In this document: piece after piece, positions 38,438 through 50,422 of the stretch
Layout: each line of letters begins with the position of its first letter
Position numbering within the stretch: the first letter of the stretch is position 1
Source: Chiloscyllium plagiosum
Lineage: Eukaryota
NCBI RefSeq assembly: GCF_004010195.1
Contig: NC_057734.1
Span: 23,303,423-23,367,422 of the forward strand
Reading direction: 5' to 3'
Length of the DNA stretch: 64,000 bases
The notes under the pieces: generated by a model
What the model was told of the DNA's origin: nothing
What the model saw: only the letters and a program-made list of their open reading frames with translations
The model's database searches: none
Position numbers and translations under genes: made by a program

Positions 38438-39786
38438 GTGGGTTTTAAAACGGCAAGAGGTTTTGAGAAAAAAAAACTTTGGCACCGTCTGTCGTTGTGA
38501 TGCGGGTACCACCCCACCCCCAAAACAAGCTGAGGCCTCCAGTCCACAGGCTCTGGGCCTGGAGCTCGCAGTCAACGTCGCATATTGGCCTTGCATCCCG
38601 GATTCCGGGATGTGGTTATTTTCCTGTCTCCGGTCTGTATTATCTATTGGTTATGGGAGCTGGTCCTGGATTAATCTCTCGGGCACACGATTAAATAATC
38701 CACACATCTGCGGAATGTTAGTCTGATTTGTCACAGAGATGATAATGTCTGCGTTTACCAAGCATTAAAATCAGGCCCATTGTCCGACTGCAATCCGGAT
38801 GGTTACATGATACTTCTAAAATTCCCCTCGTCCAGTTCACACACGTTTGTAAACAGTTGATGATGGGGAAATATGATACTTTGAAACGCAAAAACAAATA
38901 GTGCAGAGTATTGTAAAACAATTTATTTTAGAAGACTGCAGTATTCCAATCATTACTGAGTACTGTTGAGATTATGGCATTGTTGTTAAAATTAATCCAG
39001 ATAAGCAACTGCTCGTTTAGTTGGAGAAGATGGAGCTGAACAAAGCACAGTACCCTACTGCGCACTTAAATTGTAGTGCGCTTATATATTCCAGACTTCA
39101 TAGGGTCCAGATGAGCCCTATCCCAATATAAAATTAAGTAATAAATTAGCATGGATTTTTAATGTAAGGAACTAACAAGAAAGCTTTCGTTTGTCCAATA
39201 TAGCATACATCTAAAAGCCAAAAAGAATGTAAATCTTTCAAGCCTGAAAAATTTAGGCAAAATATGATAAGTAATATATTGTTTGGTGTGTAGAGGGGTG
39301 ATGGCAACTTATGATGAGTTAAATCCATCTACCATCACAAAGCACTGAAATACAATTTGCTGCTTGCCCAGTTAGGCATCTGAACAAATAGAGTATTGAC
39401 TTGAACCAATTCTTCAGCTGTCTGGGAAGAATTCCATGCCCTATTGACAGCTATAATCCATCAATGGGACAGGTTAGCAGGCCTAGTTATCTGTAGTGCT
39501 TTGGAGTATTGAACAGCTACCTGGTTGTAGTTTTTTGACGTTTTGGGCAAGAGACCTTCATTAGGAATGAGGCTTGTGAGCCAAAGGGCCTGGAGAGATA
39601 AATGCTATCCTAACATAACATGGGCATTTTTTTTTAATCAAAGATTAATGTGTTTTGGGGGTTAATTGGAACAAAAATACCATTTCCACAATCTGATTCT
39701 GAGTCATCTGCAGACACAAAGTCAGGTTTTAAAAATCATTAAGGTGATTAAGAATTTAGTGGCAATTATTTTGTTTTGTTTTAAAG

Positions 39787-39899
39787 GTGCCAGAAGAAAC
39801 AAAAGATGAATCTGCAACATCCAAACCCATTGTTGGTATTATTTATCCTCCTCCTGAAGTCAGAAACATTGTTGACAAGACTGCAAGTTTTGTAGCAAG
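39787..39899 (+). CDS. SF3A1: SF3A1 exon 2 (VPEETKDESATSKPIVGIIYPPPEVRNIVDKTASFVAR)
   Basis: Start of the first SURP domain. Acceptor ttttaaag, donor AG|GTGAGT, 113 nt. Confidence 0.96.
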
Positions 39900-39991
39900 G
39901 TGAGTGCCAAGTTCAGACAGCTACATGTTGTATTTGATGTGTTACAATGATTCTTTGAGCTTAAAATTGAAAATTATTTTGCATTGATTAG

Positions 39992-40154
39992 AAATGGCCC
40001 TGAATTTGAAGCTCGAATCCGTCAAAATGAGATAAACAACTCCAAGTTTAACTTCTTGAATCCAAATGATCCTTACCATGCATATTACCGACACAAAGTT
40101 AATGAGTTCAAGGAGGGGAAAGGCCAAGAACCTTCAGCTGCTATACCAAAGGTT

Positions 40155-40185
<31 letters not shown>

Positions 40186-40196
40186 TGCCACAAAAG
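39992..40196 (+). CDS. SF3A1: SF3A1 exon 3 (NGPEFEARIRQNE...polyQ...LPQK)
   Basis: SURP1 motif FNFLNPNDPYHAYY. 205 nt, phase-consistent, donor AAG|GTGAGT. Confidence 0.96.
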
Positions 40197-40719
40197 GTGA
40201 GTAATTTTGTTGACAGTAATGATAGCTTATAATTATATACATGCTTCTAACAGATAAATGTCTTGAGACATTTCACAGGAGCATTAGCAAAAGAAATTTG
40301 ACACTAAACCCTAAAATTAGATATCAGGAAAGCTAATCACCAACTTGATCAAAGAGGTGGATTTTAGGGAGCATTTTAAAGGATAAGAGAACATTAAAGA
40401 CAGTGGATTAGAGAGGGAATTGCACAATTTAAAGCAGTAGCAGCTGAAAGCACAACTACTGAAGGTGGAGTGATTAAGATTGGGGAAAGGGGGACAGAAT
40501 TGAGACACAGCTTTTGGACGGTTGTAATGCTGTTGGAATGCTCTGAAATGGGGAGGGGTGATCCCATGAAGTTACAGTGAAAACTTTAAATGAAAACTGA
40601 AAATGCTTTAATTACTCAGAGGCTCTTGCAGTATCTATGGAGAGAGAAGAAAGATTTAATATTTCAGCTCTGTGACGTTTCATAATCAAAATCTAGTGGT
40701 TCAATGGAGAGTGCAGGAA

Positions 40720-42780
40720 GGCATGCCGAAAGCAGCAGCAGGCATACCTGAAAATGAGGTGTCAATGAGGTAAAGCTACCAAGCAGCAAGTGATAGATGG
40801 AGTTTTGTGATTCTGCAACCAATAGATTAGATCTAAGCTCTGAAATCCTGCCACATCCTGTTATGAATGGTGGTGGACAATTAAACAACACATTGGAGGA
40901 GGAAGCTCCACAAATATCCCCATCCTCAATGATGAAAGAGCCCAGCACATCAATACAAAAGATAAGGCTGAAGCATTCACGGAAATCTTTGGCCAGAAGT
41001 GCCAAGTGGATGATCCATCTCTGCCTCCTCCAGTGATCCCAGCCATCACAGATGCGAATCTTCAGCCAATTTGATTCACTCGACATGATATCAAGAAAAC
41101 AATTAGAAAACTGTGGATACTGCAAAGACTTGGGGCCCGGACAACATTCCAGCAATACTATGGAAGATTTGTACTCCAGAGCCTCCCACTGCCCAAGCCA
41201 AGCTTTTCCAATACAGTGCAGCACTGGTTTCATATCTGACAATATGGAAAATTGCCCAGGTATGTCCTGTACACAACGCATGGCAAATTCAACCCAGCAA
41301 TTACCACTCATTACTACTCTTCTTCATCAGTAAAGAGATAACCTGTATAATCAACAGTGTTATCAAGCAGCATCTGCTGAGCAATAATCTACTTACAGAC
41401 ATCCAGTTTGGATTCCACCAGGGCTAATCAGCTCCTGATCTCATAACAGCCTTGGTACAAACATGGACAAAAGAGTTGAATTCCACAGATGAGGTGAGAG
41501 TGACAGCCCTTGACATCAAGGCTGCATTTGACTGTGTGGCATCAGGGAGCCCTAGCAAAACTAGAATCAAGGGAATCTGGGGCAAACTCTTTGCCAGGTT
41601 GGAGTCACACCTGGCAAATAGAAACATTGTTGTGATTGTTGGAGTTCAGTCATTTTGACTCAATAAGTTCCTCCTTCAGCTGCTTCAACAATGACCTTCC
41701 TTCCATAAGGTGGGGATGTTTGCAGGTGATTGCATAATGTTCAACACCATTCGTAACTCCGATAACTGAAGCAGTCCATGTTCAAGTGCAACAAGATCTG
41801 AGAAGCATCCAGTATTGTGCTGACAAATGGTAAGTAATTTTCATGCATTCCTGATGAAGAGCTTATGCTCAAAACGTCAGCTCTCCTGCTCCTTGGATGC
41901 TGCATGACTGGCTGTGCTTTTCTAGCACTATGCTTTTTGACTCTGATCTTCAGCATCTGCAATCCACACTTTCTCCAATGCCACACAAATGCCAGGCAAT
42001 GACCATTTCAAATAGAAGGCAATCTTAACTACTGCTCTTGACATTCAATGGTGTTACCATCAACAGAACATCCACCATCAACAGAACATCCACCATCAAC
42101 AGAACATCCACCATCAACAGAACATCCACTATCAACTTCCTTCAGTTACAATTGACCAGAAATTAAATTGGACTCTCCATATGAACAGTGGTCCAAGGGC
42201 AGGTCAGAGACATGGAATACTACGGTGAGTAACTCCCAAGACTCCCCAAAGCCTGTCTGCCATCTGCAAGGCTCACGTCAAGAGTGTAATGGAATATTTC
42301 TCACTTGACTGGATGAGTGCAGTTCTTACAACAATTGACAATATCAATGAGAAAGCAGCCAGCTTGGTGGGCACCACATCCACTACCTCTACCACCACCG
42401 TTCAATAACCGTACTGTTTACTATCTACAAGATACACACAGAAATTCATCAAAGATCCTTAGACAACACTTTCTAAACCAATGACCACTGCCATTCTAGG
42501 AGGACAAGGGTAGCAGATACATGGACACACACCCCACCTGCAAGTTCCTCTCCAAGCCACTCACTATCCTGACCTGGAAACATATCGCTATTCCTTCAGT
42601 GTTGCTGCATCAAAATCTTGGAATTTCCTCTCTAATGGTGTAATGGGTCTACCTACAGCACATGTGTTGCAGCAGTTGAAGGCAGCTCATGACCACCACC
42701 TTGAGGGCAACTGGGGACAGGTAAAAACGCTAGCCAGCCAATGATTACCCATGTCCAATGAATGAATAAATAAACAAAAA
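40720..42780 (+). mobile_element. Decayed non-LTR retrotransposon (CR1/L2-like) in SF3A1 intron 3
   Basis: GPDNIPA, QFGFHQG and ALDIKAAFD motifs. A-rich tail at ~42760-42780. Confidence 0.8.
42056..42136 (+). repeat. 18-bp tandem repeat (accatcaacagaacatcc) x ~4.5
   Basis: Directly visible, nearly perfect units. Confidence 0.95.
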
Positions 42781-43475
42781 TAATTGAGGCATAGACAGAT
42801 TTGGAGGTAATACAAATTAACCAGGTCAGTGATAATCAGTGAATTGGGCATGGTAGGTCAAGGACATGGGCAGTGTGATTTTAGATGAGCTCCAGTGTAG
42901 TCAAAAATGAGAGACCAACCAGGAGAGCATGGACTGATTAATTCAAGAGGGAGCTGGTAAGGATGCTGGTTAGGCAGGAAATAAACTGTGACAGGTGTGG
43001 AGGTGGGCACTATTATGTACAGTTGGTAGTTTGGGTTATGGGCCCGGAGCTTGTCTGTGGATTAGATGCAATGTCACTGTTGTGAATGGTCTGGCCCCAC
43101 AGAAAGGGATGGAGGCAAAAACTAGATAAGAGTCTGTGGTAGGGTTTGAAGACACTAGCTTTAATCTTCCCAATATTTAGTTGAAGGAAATTTCTCCTTG
43201 TCCAGCATTGGATGTTAGACAAGGGGTTGGACAATTTACAGACTGTGGAGGGATCAAAAGTGGAAATGTGCCTAAATGTTTTATTTAACATAGGCAAAAG
43301 TTCACAAACAACATTTATTATGTTATCACACAAACTTTTTAATGTGTTTTCTTTCCTTTTTAAGTTGCAACATTGATGAATAAATACATGTTTTTAATAT
43401 CTCTGTTGAAGTAAATAAAAGTTCTTTTAAATTTTATTTGTGAAATTATAAATTCTTTCCTGTCTCTGTGAATAG

Positions 43476-43733
43476 GTGCAAGCACAAGTAATTCAGGAAA
43501 CAATTGTCCCAAAGGAACCCCCACCTGAATTTGAGTTCATCGCTGATCCCCCGTCAATCTCGGCCTTTGATTTGGATGTTGTGAAACTAACCGCTCAATT
43601 TGTTGCGAGAAATGGCCGGCAGTTTTTGACTCAGCTGATGCAGAAAGAACAACGTAACTATCAATTTGACTTCTTGCGACCACAGCACAGTCTGTTCAAC
43701 TATTTCACCAAACTTGTGGAGCAGTACACAAAG
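43476..43733 (+). CDS. SF3A1: SF3A1 exon 4 (VQAQVIQETIVPKEPP...VEQYTK), SURP2
   Basis: 258 nt, AG/GT flanks. KLTAQFVARNG and FDFLRPQHSLF are SURP motifs. Confidence 0.97.
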
Positions 43734-44907
43734 GTATTTGAAGGCCAAGGATCGAATCCATCCTGTATAAGTGCATAATTGTTGAGTACTGTGGATCAAG
43801 CCAAAATAATGTTCTTGCATATTGAAAGTGGATCGTGAGGTAGTTGATGTGTTGCTTTTAGTTTCCAAAATGTTCCATTAGGAAAAAATGGAAAAAAAGA
43901 ATGTAACTCCAGTCAAAATGTTTGAGGCAGAAAGCAGGAAACAGCAGGCCAATTAGTTTAACATCTGTCACAGGGGAATTGTTAGACAGTATTGTTGTTT
44001 CAGAGCACATTAGAAAAAAGATTTAAAAAGGGAGATCAACACGGTTTGTGAAAGAGAAGTCATGTTTTACCAATTTATCGGATTTCTCTGAAACTAATGT
44101 ATTCTGGATAAAGACATACTGTACATAGAATGCAGTTGATAAGCTCGAAGGTTACTGTGGAAGTTAAAACTTCATGGTGTAGTAATATTGCAGTTCATAT
44201 AAATTAGCATGTATAAAAGATTGTCTAGCTCTCAGGAAATATAATAGGTATCAATGGGTCATTTTCTGGTTGGCAAAATGTGTCTCAGAGATCAGTGTTA
44301 GATTTATGTAAATGATTTGAATGGAAGGACCAAAGGTTTGGGTGCTAAATTTGCTGTTGATACAAGCATAGTTAGGAAAATAAGTTGTGGAAAAAGACAG
44401 CAGGAGGCTATAAAGGGCTACAAGTATGCGATTAGTCAAAGATTTGGAAAATGGAGTACAATATGAGCAATGTGAAATTGTCAAATTGACATGAAGAATA
44501 AGATATATTTTCTGAATGGTGAGAGATTGCAGAGGGATTTGAATGTCCTGTGAACAAATCATAAAGTACAGCAAATAATTAGGAACAGAGCAAATAATTA
44601 GGAATGGTAATAGAATGCTCTTGTTTGTTAAGAGACTGATTGAACACAAGTAGAGAAGTTGTGCTTTAGTTGTGTAGGGCATTGGTGAGAGCACATTAGG
44701 TATATTGTATGCATGGTTGGTCTCTTTATGAGGGGAAAGATGTGTATATACACAGAGCAATTCAGAGAATGTTTATTAGATTAATACAGTTGTTCTGCTG
44801 TAATTCACATTTCATTATTGCGCTTTCACTGTAACACTATTGACAAATTGGGGGTATCGTTTCTAAAGTGCAAACTTTTAAAATGTGTGTTGGCTGTAAC
44901 GCGATTA

Positions 44908-47182
44908 CAGAGGAAACTTGATTATCTGAAAATTGGATTATCCAAAGGAAATCTCGAGGTCCCGATGGAAACGTTACATCAAAGACGTGTTTCCAACAGT
45001 GATTGTGTCTTTTGTTTACAGTGATTAAGTAGGCACTGTCACCAAACGACTGTCTGTCTGCCCGCCCTCTCTCCCCACACTTTCCCTGGAGTTCTACACA
45101 GGTGTGTACACTAAACCTCCCCCCCCCCCCCCCCCCCAGATAATCTCTCCAACATTATCCTGTACAGGGCAAAGGTGGAACCTGTCAAAAGGTTGTGCGT
45201 GTGCGTGCGAGAACTATTTAGAGACTTACCCCACAAAGGCAAGTGCAGCAGTCTTGTTGGTGTCCAGTCCAGCTGCCCTGGAGAGGGGCGGATGTGTATG
45301 GGGGAGGGGGGGCGGGTTCACAGGGTTGGGGCCGTGGCATCGCGTGCTGTGTGCTGCTGTAGTCTCCTGAATGGGGAGTCATGAAAAGAGTCAGAGGAAA
45401 GGCATTCAATCGATTAACCAAAGGCTTTTTACAAATATATTAAGGACAAAAGGGTAACTAAGGTGAGAAAAGGGCCCCTCAAAGATCAGCAAGGCGACCT
45501 TTGTGTGGAGCCGCAGAAGATGGGGGAGATACTAAATGAGTATTTTGTGCAGTATTTACTGTGGAAAAGGATATGGAAGATATAGATTGTAGGGAAATAG
45601 ATGGTGACAGCTTGCAAAATGTCCAGATTACAGAGGAGGAAGTGTTGGATGTCTTGAAATGGGTAAAGGTAGATAAATCCCCAGGACCTGATCAGATGTA
45701 CCTGAGAACTCTGTGGGAAGCTAGAGAAGTGATTGCTGGGTCTCTTGCTGAGATATTTGTATCATCAGGTGAGGTGCCTGAAGACTGGAGGCTGGCAAAT
45801 GTGGTGCCGTTGTTTAAGAAGGGCGGTAAGGACAAGCCAGGGAACTATAGACTGGTGAACCTGACCACGGTGGGTGGGCAAATTGTTGGAGGGAATCCTG
45901 AGGGACAGGATGTACATGTATTTGGAAAGGCAAGGACTGATTAGGGATAGTCAACATGGCTTTGTGCATGGGAAATCATGTCTCACAAACTTGATTGAGT
46001 TTTTTGAAGAAGTAACAAAGAAGATTGAGGGCAGAGCAGGAGATGTGATCTATATGGTCTTCAGTAAGGTGTTCAACAAGCTTCCCCATGGGAGACTGAT
46101 TAGCAAGGTTAGATCTCATGGAATACAGGGAGAACTAGCCATTTGGATACAGAACTGTCTCAAAGGTAGAAGACAGAGGGTGGTGGTAGAGGGTTGTTTT
46201 TCAAACTGGAGACCTGTGACCAGTGGAGTGCCACAAGGACATTTTGTCATTTGCATAAATGATTTGGATGTGAGCATAAGTACAGTTAGTAAGTTTGCAG
46301 ATGACACCAAAATTGGAGGTGTAGTGGACAGCGAAGAGGGTTACCTCAGATTACAAGAGGATCTTGACTAGATGGGCCAGTGGGCTAAGGTCCTCGGGAG
46401 TGTTGCTGAACAAAGAGACCTTGGAGTGCAGGTTCATAGTTCCTTGAAAGTGGAGTCGCAGGTAGATAGGATAGTGAAGAAGGTGTTTGATATGCTTTCC
46501 TTTATTGGTCAGAGTATTGAGTACAGGGGTTGGGAGGTCATGTTGTGGCTGTACAGAACATTGATTAGGCCACTGTTGGAATATTGCGTGCAATTCTGGT
46601 CTCCTTCCTATCAGAAAGATGTTGTGAAACTTGAAAGGGTTCAGAAAAGATTTACAAGGATGTTGCCAGGGTTGGAGGATTTGAGCTGTAGGAAGAGGCT
46701 GAACAGGCTGGGGCTGTTTTCCCTGGAGGGTCGGAGGGTGAGGGGTGACCTTATAGAGGTTAACAAAATTGAGGGACATGGATAGAGTAAATAGGCAAAG
46801 TCTTTTCCCTGGGGTTGGAGAGTCCAGAACTAGAGGGCATAGGTTTAGGGTGAGAGGGAAAGATATAAGGGGCAACTTTTTCATAGAGGGTGGTATGTGT
46901 ATGGAATGAGCTGCCAGAGGTTGTGGTGGAGGCTGGTACAATTGCAACATTTAAGAGGCATTTGGATGGGTATATGAATAGGAAGGGTTTGGAGGGATAT
47001 GGGCTGGGTGCTGGCAGGTGGGAGTAGATTGGGTTGGGATAACTGGTTGGCAAGTGTGGGTTGGACCGAAGGGTCCGTTTCCATGCTGTACACCTCTGAT
47101 TGTATGACTCTGTAACCGAATAATCGATTATCCGAATGAAATAGTGCCCACTCATCACGTTCGGATAATCAAGGTTCCCCTC
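44908..47182. mobile_element. Tc1/mariner-pogo-type MITE (TIR cagaggaacctcgattatccgaa-like), interrupted by CR1
   Basis: ~23-bp imperfect TIRs and TA on both sides. Confidence 0.8.
45420..47110 (+). mobile_element. Young CR1 LINE, 5'-truncated, with internal deletions
   Basis: RT motifs in ORFs at 45561-46785. Same 3' tail as the 9.8-kb copy. Confidence 0.92.
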
Positions 47183-50100
47183 TACATCACCAACACTTTA
47201 AGCACTGTTTCTAAAGTGTGATCTTTCTACAATGCAGGGTTGCACAAGAACACAACCATCACGTGATAGAGGAACTACCTGTAACTGGAATACTTACATG
47301 GTTATGTTGGGCAGGTTAGGCTTGAATTTGCTGGAATTTAAGATTAGTAAGAGGCAACATTATTGAAGCAGTTAGGATCCTGAGGGTTCTTTACAGTGTG
47401 GATTTAGAGAGGATGTTTCCTCTGGGAGAATCAAGAACTAGGAGTCATTATTTAAACTAAAGGGTCAACCATTTAAGGTAGAGATGAAGATTTTATCTCT
47501 CGAGGGCTGCATCTTTGCAGCTAATCTTCAAAACGTGGTGAAAGCAGACTCTTTGAATACTTTTAAGACGGAGGTGGAGGCATTCTTGAAGGGGTTAAGA
47601 AAGGGGTTAAAGGTTAATGGGAGTAGGTGGAAAATTAAAGTTACGATCAAAGCAGCTATGAGTCAAATAACCTCCTGCTCCTAATTTGTGCACACATGAT
47701 AGCATTGACTCTTAGGCCCCTTATGATGCAGCAGTAATGCCCCTACCTCTGAGTCAGGAGGCAGAGGTTCAAGTCCCACTTGCTCTAGAGATGTATAATA
47801 ACACCTCTTAACACGATTAGAATAAAATATCTAGGATTAACTGTTCAAAGTTCAATGCTGTAAGTTGAGCATGGGGCATCTAAGTGTCTACAATTGTGCA
47901 ATAGTGCTTACTTAGGGAAGCAACGTTTTCAGATGAGAATGATGTCAAATATTTATAATGGTCATTGAATGCATTTGGGCTGTAATCCAATTCTTTCTTG
48001 TCCTCTTACTATTATTAATATTTATGTTGATCAGGGAAATCTATTGCATCTCAAATAATAATAAATTATCCTGTTTCTATTTTATGATCCTTATAAAGAA
48101 AACCTTTAGAAACAGATATGAATTTCCCAGTGATTGACTCAGAGCATCTTGGGAGAAGATCTCAGGTTTTAAGACTTGTATTGTAACACAAACACTAAAG
48201 TCAATGTTGACTGAACATTACTTAGGGAAAAAATAGTTGTCTACTATCAGTAACACAACAGAGCCACTGTATGTTATCAATAAATATGTAACCTTGTAGA
48301 TTCTAGTCCAAATCCCTCCTGTGGTTTCAGCAGGCTTTCATCTCCCCACCACACCAGAATATGTTGGTCAGTGTCCTTTTTGAAGGTCACTTCACTCAAT
48401 CTTCTGAGTATGCTTGAATAAAATCCAGCTACAAAACCCATTTCAGTGACTTTTTAGGTTTTTTTTCCCTTTCCCTCCTTCCAGGTTCAAGACCAATTAT
48501 TTTCTGTGTGCAAGACTTAAAATGTACACCTTACTTTCAATATGCTTTAACTTGAGCTCCTATCCCTGTGGCAGCCAGGCAGATTTCATTCAAAGTCACA
48601 TTCTCCCTCTCCAAACTGTACTTTCTCTTAAATTAAAAGAGACTGTTTAAAACCCAACTATCTTATGTAGTCTTCAGTTTGAAAGAATTTTGGATATTTT
48701 AGATGTCTACATTAAATTTAATAACTTAAAGGGAAGTCTCCCAGCTTCACTGTTTCTGATTTATTTTCTAAATGGTGAGTGCATCAGTGAATGTTTACAA
48801 ATGGCAAGTAAAATGTTGGTTCTAATTCTATACATTTGCATTGTTATTGGAAAATATCTGTAAATCGCGAGCTTCTGCTTTGTTAGTATAAAGTGAAAGA
48901 TTTTATGATGTATACAAATTGACTTGGCTTTTAGAACTCTACATGATTAGTAACCCCATCACTTTTAGTTTAGTAACTTTTTTTAAAAATACGTTTTCAG
49001 CGTGCAAACCCAGCTTTGAGATTCAATGGGATATATGAGATTTATCACCACCAGTACACTTCTGATTCCTAAGATCTTTTGCGACAGTACTATAGGGATT
49101 TAACTATCTAGGTTTTTTTTCCAAATGTCTGACAACATTTTATTAGAAGCACTACAGTAGTGAAAATTTGTAGATTCTGTGAAATTATCAAGGAATCTGT
49201 ATATTTTTGAAGAGATTTTGAAAAGAATTTTTAAGAGTTTGCATGAATTGTCAAGGAATCAGTTGTAATTTTCTTGGATAATAAACACTAGTCCATATGA
49301 CCTGGTGAACCTTGACCTGAGAGTAATATCCACAGGATTAAAGAAGGAAGCAGTAATGCTGGTGGCAGAAAGTACTTGACAGGAAAGGAGAAAGATCCTC
49401 TTTGATGTCCTGAGAGCTTGTGAAAACAAGAAGTGACAAAGCCATGAACCTGAGGTATTAGTTGGTTCATTAAAAGGGAGCTCTGAAAAGTTACACCATT
49501 TGACCTGTTGTGATAGTGAGAAGGTTTGAAGAAAAATACTATGATGATAATTGTACCTGTCAAACCTCAAAGGTGAATTGTGTTATCAAATAGGTGTCCT
49601 AACCTAGCGTGTGCAACTAAAAAGCAGCAATTGTGGAACAGATGTGATATATAGTGCCACATTCAAGCAAGGATGTGACCATGTTTGTGATTGTCAGCAA
49701 TATCTTTGACTGTTTAAAATGACATTTACTTTTCAGTTTGAAGTATCATTTGATGCTAATTTGTTTTAAAGTGCAAGGTAGAAAAAGTAGAATCTTGTTG
49801 ATAATTGCTTTGTTTTGGAGTTCATTGTTATTTGGCAAATTATTTTGGTTTATGGTTCCCATAAGGGAGCTGTAATATATCAGGGACAATTATTCTTTGA
49901 GGTCATTTGAGGCAAAAAAAAATGTAATTTGAGCAAAATAGTGTGGCAAAGGATATAGTCTTCACAAACCTAAGATGATTTAAACAAAAGCATGCTGGCT
50001 AAAACATCAGAGGAAGAAGTGTAATATTGAAAGATTGTAAGTGGAAGTTAGGAAGATTTAACATTTTGTGTAATATATTTTATAATGAAGTTGTTTCAGG

Positions 50101-50347
50101 GTACATCAATCAACTTACAAAGTTTAGTTCAATTTTTAATCTTTTTTATATTAGTAATTTGAAAAATCTAGAGTGTGCTTTTTTTGGAATTACATAGGGC
50201 AGTACTGGAATAGTGTGCTGGGAAAAGTAGATTGTGATATATGCTATAATTGCAGGATTATCAGGTGAGTATTGATTTGAACTTGCCCCTTTCATAAGGA
50301 GCAAAACTTATTTGTGTTTCATATAATATTTATTTTCTTCTTCTTAG

Positions 50348-50422
50348 ATCTTAATACCTCCAAAGGGATTGCTTCAGAAATTGAAGAAAGAAGCAGAAAA
50401 TCCTAAAGAAGTTTTAGATCAG
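50348..50422 (+). CDS. SF3A1: SF3A1 exon 5 (ILIPPKGLLQKLKKEAENPKEVLDQ)
   Basis: 75 nt, strong polypyrimidine acceptor, donor CAG|GTGAGA. Resembles the recalled human sequence. Confidence 0.95.

Larger units (their letters stand above)
44787..47281. mobile_element. Outer TA-flanked MITE hosting the above
   Basis: Termini cagttgttctgctgtaa and tgatagaggaactacctg, with TA flanks. It interrupts an old CR1 (~43830-44786 and ~47284-47680). Confidence 0.7.

Noticed and set aside
38373-38726. 117-aa ORF at the SF3A1 start
   Set aside because: Wrong frame and runs into intron 1. The true CDS starts at 38381.
42056-42136. CRISPR-like array
   Set aside because: Units are directly adjacent with no spacers, the context is eukaryotic and there are no cas genes.
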